Assembly (NCBI GenBank): GCA_038531675.1
Contig: JBCBBK010000008.1
Span: 30,483-94,482, forward strand
Direction: 5' to 3'
Source of the DNA: Cyanobacteria bacterium J06581_3
GTDB lineage: Bacteria; Cyanobacteriota; Cyanobacteriia; Phormidesmidales; Phormidesmidaceae
DNA: 64,000 bases
The position numbers and the translations under genes are program-made. Position 1 is the first letter of the stretch; each line of letters begins with the position of its first letter. Positions 29,917-39,335 of this stretch are shown here, piece by piece. The notes beneath the pieces were generated by a model. That model saw only the letters and a program-made list of their open reading frames with translations. It had not been told where the DNA came from and did not search any database.

Positions 29917-31197
29917 ATGTCTTACGTATCGGTAAAAGGTGGCGAAAAGGCCATTGAAAATGCAGAGGCACTGCTAAGCGCTCGGCGACGCGGAAATGCC
30001 GATGTCCCAGAGCTAAGCCTTGAGCAAATTAAGCAGCAAATGTCTCTGGCCGTGGCTCGTGTGATGTGTGAGGGTAGCCTGTACGACCCTGATCTAGCAG
30101 CGCTGGCGATTAAACAATCCTGGGGAGATTTGGTGGAGGCAATTTTTCTATTGCGGGCCTACCGCACGACGCTGCCTCGGCTGTACTATACGCAGCCCAT
30201 TGAAACCGACCAGATGACGGTACAACGCCGCATTTCTTCTATTTTCAAAGATATTCCAGGTGGTCAGCGGCTTGGTCCTACGTTCGATTATATTCATCGA
30301 CTGCTGGATTTTAAGCTGGCCGCAGAGGACAATCATCCAACGCTGCCCGCTGCGTCAACGACCGATAGGAAGGGAAAGGAAAACTTTGCTGATACGCCCA
30401 GAGCGCTAGATGCACTTAATCCCGAAGGCCTGATTCAGCCGGAAGAGCGCGTTCAGCAACAAGACAATGACAACAACGGTTATCAGAACAATCATCAAAA
30501 TGGATCTGTCAACGGTAAGGTGTCAGACTCTTTTAAAGCATCAGACCCCTTTGACCTCACTCGAAAGCCGCTGAGCCTGCCTGCGAAAAGAGATGCACGA
30601 TTGCAAAGCCTAGCCAGGGCTGATGAAGGGTTTTTGCTGAGCCTGGCCTACTCTACTCAGCGAGGGTTTGGTAATAGCCATCCGTTTGCTGGCGAGATTC
30701 GGATGGGTGAGGTGGAGGTAGTGATTTGCCCTGAAGAGTTAGGGTTTGACGTGGCGATTGGCACTGTTGCGGTGACGGAAGTGCAGATGGTGAATCAGTT
30801 TAAGGGGAGCAAAGAGCTGCCGCCTCAGTTTACGCGGGGCTACGGGCTGACCTTTGGCTACAACGAACGCAAGGCGATGGCAATGGCGATTGTAGATAGG
30901 GCGCTGCGAGCAGAAGAATTTGGAGAGGAGATTAAAGGACCCGCGCAGCAAGAAGAGTTTGTGCTCTCCCATAGTGACAATGTGGAAGCGCAAGGCTTTG
31001 TGCAGCACCTGAAGCTACCGCACTACATCGACTTTCAATCTGAGCTGAATCTGGTGCGTAAGATGCGAGCTGATTACGAAAAGGGCAAAGAGAAGGACAG
31101 CGCAGACAGTTTGGGGAATTCGAGGCTGACAGAAGACAGTCAGACTGTTCGATCGTCTCCTGCACAGCCAATCAGAGAAGTTGAGGCATCCTCATGA
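29917..31197 (+). CDS. phnI: C-P lyase subunit PhnI
   Basis: YVSVKGGEKAI, EAIFLLRAYRTTLPR, GGQRLGPTFDY, GFVQHLKLPHYIDFQSEL. Confidence 0.95.
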   Translation: MSYVSVKGGEKAIENAEALLSARRRGNADVPELSLEQIKQQMSLAVARVMCEGSLYDPDLAALAIKQSWGDLVEAIFLLRAYRTTLPRLYYTQPIETDQMTVQRRISSIFKDIPGGQRLGPTFDYIHRLLDFKLAAEDNHPTLPAASTTDRKGKENFADTPRALDALNPEGLIQPEERVQQQDNDNNGYQNNHQNGSVNGKVSDSFKASDPFDLTRKPLSLPAKRDARLQSLARADEGFLLSLAYSTQRGFGNSHPFAGEIRMGEVEVVICPEELGFDVAIGTVAVTEVQMVNQFKGSKELPPQFTRGYGLTFGYNERKAMAMAIVDRALRAEEFGEEIKGPAQQEEFVLSHSDNVEAQGFVQHLKLPHYIDFQSELNLVRKMRADYEKGKEKDSADSLGNSRLTEDSQTVRSSPAQPIREVEASS

Positions 31198-32060
31198 ACA
31201 CTGTTGAAACTGGATTCAACTTTGCCTATCTAGACGAGCAGACTAAACGATCTATCCGCCGTAGTTTGCTGAAGGCAGTGGCCATTCCCGGCCATCAGAT
31301 TCCGTTTAGCTCTCGTGAGATGCCAATGTCCTACGGGTGGGGGACAGGTGGTATTCAGGTTACAGCTTCGATTATTGGTGAAGATGACACGCTGAAAGTG
31401 ATTGACCAGGGTGCGGACGATACGACAAACGCGGTGAATATTCGGCGTTTTTTCAAGAAAGTTTGTGGTGTAAATACGACTGAGAAAACAGCTGAAGCCA
31501 CGGTGATTCAAACGCGACATCGCATTCCAGAAACGCCGCTGCAAGCGGGTCAAACCATGGTGTATCAGGTGCCCATTCCAGAGCCGCTGCGATGGATTGA
31601 GCCTTCGGAAGTAGAAACGAGAAAAATGCATGCTCTCTCTGACTACGGGGCGATGTATGTGCGCCTGTACGAAGACATTACGCAATATGGCCACATTGCT
31701 ACGGCTTACGACTATCCGGTGATGGTGGGCGGCAGATACATGATGCGACCGAGCCCCATTCCCAGATTCGATAATCCCAAACTACACATGAGCCCGGCGT
31801 TGCAGCTCTTTGGTGCGGGAAGAGAAAAGAGACTTTACGCCGTGCCGCCCTATACCTCAGTGAAAAGCTTGGATTTTGAAGATCATCCTTTCACGGTGGA
31901 GAAGTGGGATAAGGCCTGTGAGTTTTGCGGGGCGACGGATAGCTACCTGGATGAGGTGGTGACGGATAACGAGGGAGGGCGATTGTGGATTTGTTCGGAT
32001 ACGGATTATTGCGGGGTGAGGGCTCAGGGATCTAAAGAACGCATCAGGAGAGAGAAATGA
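31194..32060 (+). CDS. phnJ: Radical SAM C-P lyase PhnJ
   Basis: FNFAYLDEQTKRSIRR, GWGTGGIQ, CX2C...C cluster motif CEFCGATDSYLDE...ICSDTDYC. Confidence 0.97.
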   Translation: MNTVETGFNFAYLDEQTKRSIRRSLLKAVAIPGHQIPFSSREMPMSYGWGTGGIQVTASIIGEDDTLKVIDQGADDTTNAVNIRRFFKKVCGVNTTEKTAEATVIQTRHRIPETPLQAGQTMVYQVPIPEPLRWIEPSEVETRKMHALSDYGAMYVRLYEDITQYGHIATAYDYPVMVGGRYMMRPSPIPRFDNPKLHMSPALQLFGAGREKRLYAVPPYTSVKSLDFEDHPFTVEKWDKACEFCGATDSYLDEVVTDNEGGRLWICSDTDYCGVRAQGSKERIRREK

Positions 32061-32842
32061 ACAATTCAGAAACAGATGCCTTGCTAGAGGTTGAGAATTT
32101 GAGTAAAGCCTATGGGGCAGTGCAGGCGTGCGATCGCATCTCTTTCTCTCTACACCCTGGCCAAATCCTCGGCATTATTGGCGAATCAGGCTCGGGTAAA
32201 ACGACTTTGTTGAATGCGATTGCTCATCAGCTTCCTAGTGACGGCGGTCATATCATTTACCGTAATCGCGCTGAACAATCTGTTGATGTTGGTCAGCTGA
32301 GTGAATCGCAGCGGCGGCAGCTGATGCGTAGCGAATGGGGCTTTGTACGGCAGCATGCCTGCGACGGCCTGCGAATGAAAGTGACAGCGGGCGCGAATAT
32401 TGGCGAACGCCTGATGGATATTGGCGAGCGGCACTATGGCAACATTCGCACCGAAGCGAGCCGTTGGCTACAGCAGGTAGAAATTCCCACCAATCGTATG
32501 GATGATTTGCCCAGTACTTTCTCGGGTGGAATGCAGCAGCGGCTTCAGCTAGCGCGGGTGCTGGTTACTCGGCCTCGGCTGGTGCTGATGGATGAGCCGA
32601 CAGGTGGGCTAGATGTGTCAGTGCAGGCCAAACTGTTGGATCTGATGCGTCAAATTGTGAGGACGCTGAATCTGAGCGTGATTTTGGTGACGCACGATAT
32701 TGGTGTGGTGCGGCTGCTAGCCCACAGACTGCTGGTGATGCGCCATGGGCAGGTGGTGGAACACGGCCTGACCGATCAGGTGTTAGATGACCCTCATCAT
32801 CCGTATACTCAGTCGCTGATTAGCGCCACGCTTGTTCCTTAG
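32057..32842 (+). CDS. phnK: C-P lyase ATP-binding subunit PhnK
   Basis: GESGSGKT, RSEWGFV, TAGANIGERLM, FSGGMQQRLQLAR, VLDDPHHPYTQ. Confidence 0.95.
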   Translation: MNNSETDALLEVENLSKAYGAVQACDRISFSLHPGQILGIIGESGSGKTTLLNAIAHQLPSDGGHIIYRNRAEQSVDVGQLSESQRRQLMRSEWGFVRQHACDGLRMKVTAGANIGERLMDIGERHYGNIRTEASRWLQQVEIPTNRMDDLPSTFSGGMQQRLQLARVLVTRPRLVLMDEPTGGLDVSVQAKLLDLMRQIVRTLNLSVILVTHDIGVVRLLAHRLLVMRHGQVVEHGLTDQVLDDPHHPYTQSLISATLVP

Positions 32843-32865
32843 TCGCTTCAACCTTTTTACCAAAC

Positions 32866-33582
32866 ATGTCTAGACCGCCCACCATTTTTTCTGAGAATAC
32901 GCTGCTTCATGCCAGCGAACTCTACAAGGGATTTAAGCTCCACAATCAAGGGGGTATTTGTTTCCCGGTGCTAGAAGGCGTTTCGCTGACGGTGCAGGCA
33001 GGCGACTGCGTGGCGCTAATGGGTTCTTCTGGGTCTGGAAAATCTACCTTTATGCGATCGCTCTACGCCAACTACCGCATAGACAAAGGCGAAATATGGG
33101 TAAAACACAAGGGCGACTGGTTCGACCTGGCCGCCTGCGAGCCTCACGAAATCATCGCAATTCGGCGGCACACGATTGGCTATGTCAGCCAGTTTTTGAG
33201 AGTGATTCCTCGGGTACCTGCTGTAGATGTGGCTGCTGAACCCTTGATGATGCTGGGCGCAGAGGCTGAGCTGGCGCGGGATAAGGTGCGATCGCTCTTT
33301 ATTCGACTGAACCTACCCGAACGCTTATGGTCTCTGTCACCAACTACCTTTTCGGGCGGCGAACAGCAAAGAGTAAACATCGCCCGTGCTTTTGCTGTGG
33401 ACTACCCGATTTTGTTGCTAGATGAGCCGACTTCGGCTCTGGATGCAGCTAACCGAGAAGTGGTGATGCAGCTAATACAAGAGAGAAAAGCACAGGGCTG
33501 TGGGCTGGTCGGAATTTTTCACGATGAGCATGTAAAAAATCGAGTTTGTAACCAATTCTTAACCTTTAGGCTACATAGTTGA
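32866..33582 (+). CDS. phnL: C-P lyase ATP-binding subunit PhnL
   Basis: FKLHNQGG, GSSGSGKST, YVSQFLRVIPRV, LSPTTFSGGEQQRVNIAR. Confidence 0.95.
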   Translation: MSRPPTIFSENTLLHASELYKGFKLHNQGGICFPVLEGVSLTVQAGDCVALMGSSGSGKSTFMRSLYANYRIDKGEIWVKHKGDWFDLAACEPHEIIAIRRHTIGYVSQFLRVIPRVPAVDVAAEPLMMLGAEAELARDKVRSLFIRLNLPERLWSLSPTTFSGGEQQRVNIARAFAVDYPILLLDEPTSALDAANREVVMQLIQERKAQGCGLVGIFHDEHVKNRVCNQFLTFRLHS

Positions 33583-33588
33583 CTCCTT

Positions 33589-34779
33589 ATGAAAGAACAG
33601 ATATTTACGAACTATCGCCTTCAGCTGCCAACCGAAGAATTGCTCGGTACCCTTGTGGTGCGCGAGGGTAAAATTGCCGACATTCAGCCTGGTGTTGTGG
33701 ACACAGGGCAAGATGGCGAAGGCCAATACCTGATGCCAGGCTTGATCGAGCTGCACACGGATAACTTAGAGCGCTGTATTTCTCCTCGCCCTGGGATTCG
33801 CTGGCCGCTAGACGCTGCGGTTACTTATCATGATCGCGACCTGGCAGCGGCGGGGATAACAACGGTGTGCGATGCGATCGCTGTTGGAGACGTCACCCCT
33901 GGTGAATCGCTACGCAAGTCCAGCTACGATCCGATGATTCAGGCCCTGCACAACCGTAAGCAGGCTGACACGTTTTTAATCGATCATCACCTGCATCTAC
34001 GCTGCGAACTGGGCTACGAAAGCGTCTCCGAGATTGTTCAACAGTATGCAAAACATCCGTTGCTTGCGCTGATTTCGCTGATGGATCACACGCCTGGGCA
34101 AAGACAGTTTGCCAAGCTCGACAAGTTCCGAGAGTACTACATGGGCAAGCATGGCGTCAGTGCAGAAGAGATTGACGACTTTATTAAAGAGAGATTAGCC
34201 GCGCAGCAGCAGCATGCTAACCGCAATCGTAAAGAGCTGGTTAAAATGGCACAAACTCACAGCTTATCGGTGGCGAGTCACGACGATGCCACTGTAGAAC
34301 ATGTGCAGCAGGCCGTGAATGAGGGTGCAAACATCTCGGAGTTTCCAACCACGCTGACGGCAGCCAAAGCAGCCAAAAAAGAAGGCCTGCAAGTGCTGAT
34401 GGGTGCCCCGAACCTAGTGCTAGGCGGCTCGCACTCGGGCAACGTGTCGGCAATGGAGCTGGTAAAGCTGGGCCTGGTGGATTTGATTTCGTCGGACTAT
34501 GTGCCCCATAGCTTGCTGCAGTCTGTGTTTGTGATGGCAGCGGTGACCGGGAAGCCGGTGTACGAGACGATGAAGCCCGTGACGATGAATAGTGCGATCG
34601 CGATTCAAATGGAGGGTGATCGCGGCAGCTTAGAAGTCGGCAAACGCGCCGACCTTCTCACCGTCCACTGCCTTCCAAAAGACTCTCCTAACCAACCCAG
34701 CTCAGTCGTTAAAACACCTGCGCCTTCTACCGTTCCCCAAATCACACAGGTTATCCGAGAGGGCCGTAGAGTCGCCTAA
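33589..34779 (+). CDS. phnM: alpha-D-ribose 1-methylphosphonate 5-triphosphate diphosphatase
   Basis: PGLIELHTDNLE, SLMDHTPGQRQF, ASHDDAT, MGAPNLVLGGSHSGNV, SSDYVP. Confidence 0.95.
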   Translation: MKEQIFTNYRLQLPTEELLGTLVVREGKIADIQPGVVDTGQDGEGQYLMPGLIELHTDNLERCISPRPGIRWPLDAAVTYHDRDLAAAGITTVCDAIAVGDVTPGESLRKSSYDPMIQALHNRKQADTFLIDHHLHLRCELGYESVSEIVQQYAKHPLLALISLMDHTPGQRQFAKLDKFREYYMGKHGVSAEEIDDFIKERLAAQQQHANRNRKELVKMAQTHSLSVASHDDATVEHVQQAVNEGANISEFPTTLTAAKAAKKEGLQVLMGAPNLVLGGSHSGNVSAMELVKLGLVDLISSDYVPHSLLQSVFVMAAVTGKPVYETMKPVTMNSAIAIQMEGDRGSLEVGKRADLLTVHCLPKDSPNQPSSVVKTPAPSTVPQITQVIREGRRVA

Positions 34780-34816
34780 CACAACACCAACAGAATGCAC
34801 CACCCCACTACTCAAC

Positions 34817-35428
34817 ATGAAACGCACTTCTTCCTCTATTTCCGCGCTAGATTCTATTGTTGAACCTACTGTCAGGTCCGCTTTAAAGCCCATTGTGCAG
34901 TGTTTTATCACGCACGGGAATGAGCAGTATGGCCGTGAGGCCGTCACCCAGCTAGAACATGCCTTGCAATGTGCCTTCCTGGCTGAATCTGCCAAGCAAT
35001 CACCCACACTTATCACGGCCTGCCTACTACATGATGTCGGTCACTTACTACACGACTTAGGCGAAGACGCCGCCGAGAAAGGCATCGACGACCGGCACGA
35101 ATACCGAGCCATTCCCTTTTTAAGTCAGCATTTTCCTCGTGCAGTCACCGAGCCCATTCGCCTACATGTAAACGCCAAACGCTACCTCTGCGCCACCCAA
35201 CCAGACTATTGGGAAGACCTCTCTGCGGCGTCAAAGCTCAGCCTGGAGCTACAGGGCAGCACTTATTCTGAAGCCGAAGCACTCGAATTTATCGCTCAGC
35301 CCCATGCAAAAGACGCCGTACAGCTCCGCATCTGGGACGACTTGGCCAAAGATCCACAGCGGGAAACGCCTGACTTAGCTCATTTCTTGCCAGTACTAGT
35401 TGATGCCGTCTACTGTCACGCCGAGTAG
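34817..35428 (+). CDS. phnZ: PhnZ-like HD-domain di-iron oxygenase
   Basis: YGREAVTQLEHALQ, LLHDVGH, DDRHE, IRLHVNAKRYL, LRIWDDLAK: the expected PhnZ metal-ligand motifs are visible. Confidence 0.8.
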   Translation: MKRTSSSISALDSIVEPTVRSALKPIVQCFITHGNEQYGREAVTQLEHALQCAFLAESAKQSPTLITACLLHDVGHLLHDLGEDAAEKGIDDRHEYRAIPFLSQHFPRAVTEPIRLHVNAKRYLCATQPDYWEDLSAASKLSLELQGSTYSEAEALEFIAQPHAKDAVQLRIWDDLAKDPQRETPDLAHFLPVLVDAVYCHAE

Positions 35429-35455
35429 CCATGCTCACAAATTGCCGCTGCGCAG

Positions 35456-38400
35456 TTAGACAATCGATGTAGAGCCAAGCAAACTCTTAAATAGAGCTGA
35501 GAGTAGTTCGTCTCGGCAATTTTTCATGTCTGCATTTGTAAAAGCACCTTTTTCAGCGTAGTGCCTGATTGTTTCGTCAGCGTTCGATAGATACTCTTTC
35601 AAATTTCCGTTGTAGCGACCCTGATGCAGCAGAAGCTTTTTCAGCGTTTCTTTGAGTCGATAACCGCCGTGGAGCATTTTCAGAATTTTGTCAATATCTG
35701 TCAAAACAGTCCCTTGTGCCTCAGGCGAGACGATTTGTAGACGAAGTACCATACAAGCTGCTGAAAATATTTTCCCCAAGTCCGCAAGCTCAGTGACCCG
35801 GCGTGGATACAGATCTCTAACAGAGCTAATCTCTTGCGAGGTATATAGTTCTGGTTCTGCTTCATCGCTGAACAAGCGAGTGATTTTACGAACGCTGGTA
35901 GGCTTTCCGTCGACTTCCTGCCTTTCTTGGGTGAACACACAGCCATCTTCGGCGATCGCCCATGCCATATTCAGTAGCCTGATAGACTTCTTGAGCTTGG
36001 CATCCCACTGTATTTCTACATTAGGCGCTTCTACTTCAAATTCACTCGCTGTATCGCTACACAGCAAATACAATCCTCTAGCGAAAAAGAGATAGCAGGC
36101 ATTGGCACCAAACAGATAAATATTCTGAGTAGGATGGTTAGGTGTCAGTTTTGGTAGCTCCTGAATACGAACACCTAGCAGGGAAATATCCAGTGTCAAG
36201 AAATCATCTTCAGGTTGGTTAGGTCTAACCTGATCAGGTCCTCTAACCTCAAAAATTGCTGGTATTTTCTCAACCGTGTACCTGCCTTCTTTGTTGTATT
36301 CATAATCATCGAAGTCCGAATACGCATAATCATCGGAATCCGAAAGGCCGCTTTTTTCTTTAATATCGTAGTAGCACTGTCGTCCCGTCTCAGCATATGT
36401 CAGTAAGGCATGATCTCTTAATTGTCTTGCCCATCGTAAGCATCCGTCTCGGCTCAGCGTTGTACTCGCATTGAACAGCTGGACATTATCCGCTTGTGCG
36501 TAGGCTGCCATCAGGTAGGTATAAACCTGCATAGAACAGTAACAGGCATAGACTTCACTATTGCCATCAGCCGCAGTATACAACCGTGCCTTTTCGATGA
36601 GGAATAGCCTTCCCCAGTGAATAGAAGCCTCTGTGCGCTGCTGTCCAACAAATCTCTCGGTCGGCAGTACAGATTCATCTCTCACTCTCGGGACAAAGTT
36701 AGGAAAGAAAAGAAGGAGCTTAGCTCTGGCAAAGTAAATTCTTCCAAGCAGTTCGTAGTGAGGGCTAAAGGTTCCCTGCGACGGCTCACGAATAATGGTG
36801 TACTTTCTAAGCCGAACTTCCATGTGCTGCTGGGCTTCTTCTAGTTTTGCCCACGCCTTTTGGATTAAAACCTGACGATTGATATCAGATGTACAGTCCA
36901 GCAGTAGATACTCACAGCTAAGATCATCTTCTCGATCGTACAGATAATAGTAGCTAGCAACGCAAATAAGATATCGAACAATCAGCGCACCCGAAAAAAC
37001 CTCAAAGGACTGGCTACCTGGCACAAAGTTGCCCTGGTTCACATCTAGTCCCTGCCGTACAAAACTTTCCAAAACAGTCAGTGACTTGAGATAGTAATAG
37101 CTAGATCGATATGCTCCCTCATCCAAGAGAGCTTCAGCGATAGATAAGTAGGCATCGAAGCAAATATAGGGATCTTCTTTTGTCAGCTCTTTTCGCTGCT
37201 CTAAAATGTCTCCGATCACGTCTTTGTGCAAGGTTCCAATCATTGCCATAGAAGAAAATGGATATCGCCTTAGATAGGACCAGGCTCTATCTAAAACGAG
37301 CAGCTTTTCCGTTCGCTGACACAGCTGAGCAATGTACTTGTCAGGATCGACACCTGTATCTCTAACAGCCTGTAGCCGAGCCTGTAGGGCTGCTTGAGCC
37401 TGCGCGATCAAAAAATCGAAGCCGCAGAAGTCTCCATGGCCAGTCGGGTCGGCGAAGGAATTATCTTCATAAACCGACTCGCTGCGGTCAGACATTTGCA
37501 GCGCTTCTCCGACAGCATCGTTATGACACAGCTGTACCAAGCTATGCGCCCACACAGGCGAAGGGACATTGTCTCTAATAATTTGCTGGGTAGAAGCGAC
37601 ATCGTGAGCAATTGGGAAAAAGGCGTTTACACAGGGAATGTCTCTCAGCAACATCAGATTAATCACCTTGATCACATGGGATAGCGTACCGCCGACGCCT
37701 GTACTGGTCAGAGTGAAATCTACTCTCTGGTTGATACTGTTTGACCGCTCCGCATTGCTGGAGAACTGATCGAAGATATCTTCGACAGCAGGACGGTAGG
37801 TAATCGGCACCTTGATGTAAAACTCAACCGCGATTTTGACAGATTCTTGAGAAGCCAGTTCGTGATCTCCGGGCCCCGCAACGCTGTCTAATCCAACAGC
37901 ACGTCTGTTTTCTAATCTCTGTAGCGCTGAGTTTAACAGCGGCAGGTAAAAATCGTCTATCTCAATCGTATTGACGCTTCTAGCAGCAAATGGTAGCGGC
38001 CCGCAGGCTTCTATCGTGACTCGTTTGAGGTAAATCGGAAACTGGTTAGTCAGTCGCTCTCTGCTCACAACCGTCTGCGCTAATTTTTTAACGAAAGCCG
38101 ACTGCAGGTAATGATGAATATAGGGATGCTCAGTTGTAGTGTCCGGTAAGGAGTCATTTGTGTTGCCGCTGCGTATCAACAGTCGACGGACTTCTTCTTT
38201 TGCTTTAAGCGTAAGATCGAGGATAGTGTCGCCCTTGCCAGGGGACGTCACTCGGTCGTTTTCCACATGACTCTGTTTATTTGGTAAATAGTCGAGTGCT
38301 GTTGCAACTGTCGATTCAATTAAACCATCAATATCTTCTAAGGTTTTGATAGTCTCACGACTACTAGAAAAATCGAGCCCGACGGCCTCTTTGTAGGCTC

Positions 38401-38869
38401 TAAAAATAACTTCGTAATTTTCTACGCCACCAGCTAGTCTCAAGTTCAACAGCATCTGCCTGAGTAATGTCAGGCCGTCTCTCCTGGGTAGACCCAGCTG
38501 CCTGCGTTCTTGAGGTGTCAGCTCTATCAGCTTGTGCAAGGCGATCAAAACATCTTCAGTGTTCAGAACGCGGCTATAGTCTTCGTTTCCTTGTTGGTAG
38601 TCCTCTCTGAGGTTTTGGCGTAGCTCAGTAAGCATCGTTACGATGCTGCCAGTTGTGACAGTACTACTGCTTTCAATAACGCCTTTCCAGCCTGCTTTTT
38701 GGTCGAACAGATGTTTGGCTGTTCTGCGAAAGTTTCGGTTGCCGACTCGACTTGCAATCTGCGAAACATTAGGTTCGCCGCCTGATTTTCGGCTCATGGC
38801 AAGGCGACCGCAGAGATATTTGTATAAGTGATAGACGCGCCAGCTATCGAAGTTTCCGGAATCAGACAT
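35456..38869 (-). CDS. Large hypothetical protein (1137 aa), helical/TPR-like C-terminal half
   Basis: Uninterrupted 3.4-kb ORF with no recognisable catalytic motif. Helical segments such as DAYLSIAEALLDEGAYRSSYYYL and HYELLGRIYFARAKLL. Confidence 0.85.
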   Translation of the reverse strand: MSDSGNFDSWRVYHLYKYLCGRLAMSRKSGGEPNVSQIASRVGNRNFRRTAKHLFDQKAGWKGVIESSSTVTTGSIVTMLTELRQNLREDYQQGNEDYSRVLNTEDVLIALHKLIELTPQERRQLGLPRRDGLTLLRQMLLNLRLAGGVENYEVIFRAYKEAVGLDFSSSRETIKTLEDIDGLIESTVATALDYLPNKQSHVENDRVTSPGKGDTILDLTLKAKEEVRRLLIRSGNTNDSLPDTTTEHPYIHHYLQSAFVKKLAQTVVSRERLTNQFPIYLKRVTIEACGPLPFAARSVNTIEIDDFYLPLLNSALQRLENRRAVGLDSVAGPGDHELASQESVKIAVEFYIKVPITYRPAVEDIFDQFSSNAERSNSINQRVDFTLTSTGVGGTLSHVIKVINLMLLRDIPCVNAFFPIAHDVASTQQIIRDNVPSPVWAHSLVQLCHNDAVGEALQMSDRSESVYEDNSFADPTGHGDFCGFDFLIAQAQAALQARLQAVRDTGVDPDKYIAQLCQRTEKLLVLDRAWSYLRRYPFSSMAMIGTLHKDVIGDILEQRKELTKEDPYICFDAYLSIAEALLDEGAYRSSYYYLKSLTVLESFVRQGLDVNQGNFVPGSQSFEVFSGALIVRYLICVASYYYLYDREDDLSCEYLLLDCTSDINRQVLIQKAWAKLEEAQQHMEVRLRKYTIIREPSQGTFSPHYELLGRIYFARAKLLLFFPNFVPRVRDESVLPTERFVGQQRTEASIHWGRLFLIEKARLYTAADGNSEVYACYCSMQVYTYLMAAYAQADNVQLFNASTTLSRDGCLRWARQLRDHALLTYAETGRQCYYDIKEKSGLSDSDDYAYSDFDDYEYNKEGRYTVEKIPAIFEVRGPDQVRPNQPEDDFLTLDISLLGVRIQELPKLTPNHPTQNIYLFGANACYLFFARGLYLLCSDTASEFEVEAPNVEIQWDAKLKKSIRLLNMAWAIAEDGCVFTQERQEVDGKPTSVRKITRLFSDEAEPELYTSQEISSVRDLYPRRVTELADLGKIFSAACMVLRLQIVSPEAQGTVLTDIDKILKMLHGGYRLKETLKKLLLHQGRYNGNLKEYLSNADETIRHYAEKGAFTNADMKNCRDELLSALFKSLLGSTSIV

Positions 38870-39129
38870 TTATTGTGAAGAATCAGTAAATTCCCAGAGA
38901 AGTTTTGAGCGTTTGTTTATCTTCTCTAAAAACTTCTATGAGCAAAATTTCTCACGATAAGACAGTCCTAATAGTCTTCAATGCTACTTTTTCACGAAAA
39001 AACTAGCATTCAGTACCTTTTGATACCAAATAGTTGGATTCGTATATCCACGGTTGACAATGTCCGTACTTAATGTCTGCACACGGCCTATCTTTTCTTA
39101 CACAGGGCACAGAGGGAAAATAAGTAGAA

Positions 39130-39271
39130 CCGGGAAATAAAGCAGGTGGAATCGCAAACTTCCCGGCTGCAGTTAGACACCGGAGGTAAATCCAATGACC
39201 AAACTATAGTATCTCGATCAAGCACATTTCCATTTCAGCCTGAGGAAAATTTCTCATGAAAGCGTAACGCT
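39130..39271 (+). other. Candidate structured leader/ncRNA with two micro-ORFs (MTKL 39195-39209; MKA 39256-39267)
   Basis: ccgggaa (39130) / ttcccgg (39160) stem; GGAGG at 39182 lies 8 nt before ATG; GAGGA sits in hairpin tgagga-aaat-ttctca before the second ATG; the second stop is the loop of agcg-taa-cgct. Confidence 0.5.
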
Positions 39272-39335
39272 ACAGACTTGCTGAAAACCTGAAGTGAGTC
39301 TGTGTCATTCAACCCAAATTAAGAGGACACAATCA

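Noticed and set aside
38855-38860. TCCGGA (DIF1 core) in the first codons of the 1137-aa gene
   Set aside because: It lies within coding sequence and has no matching -10 element at the expected spacing.
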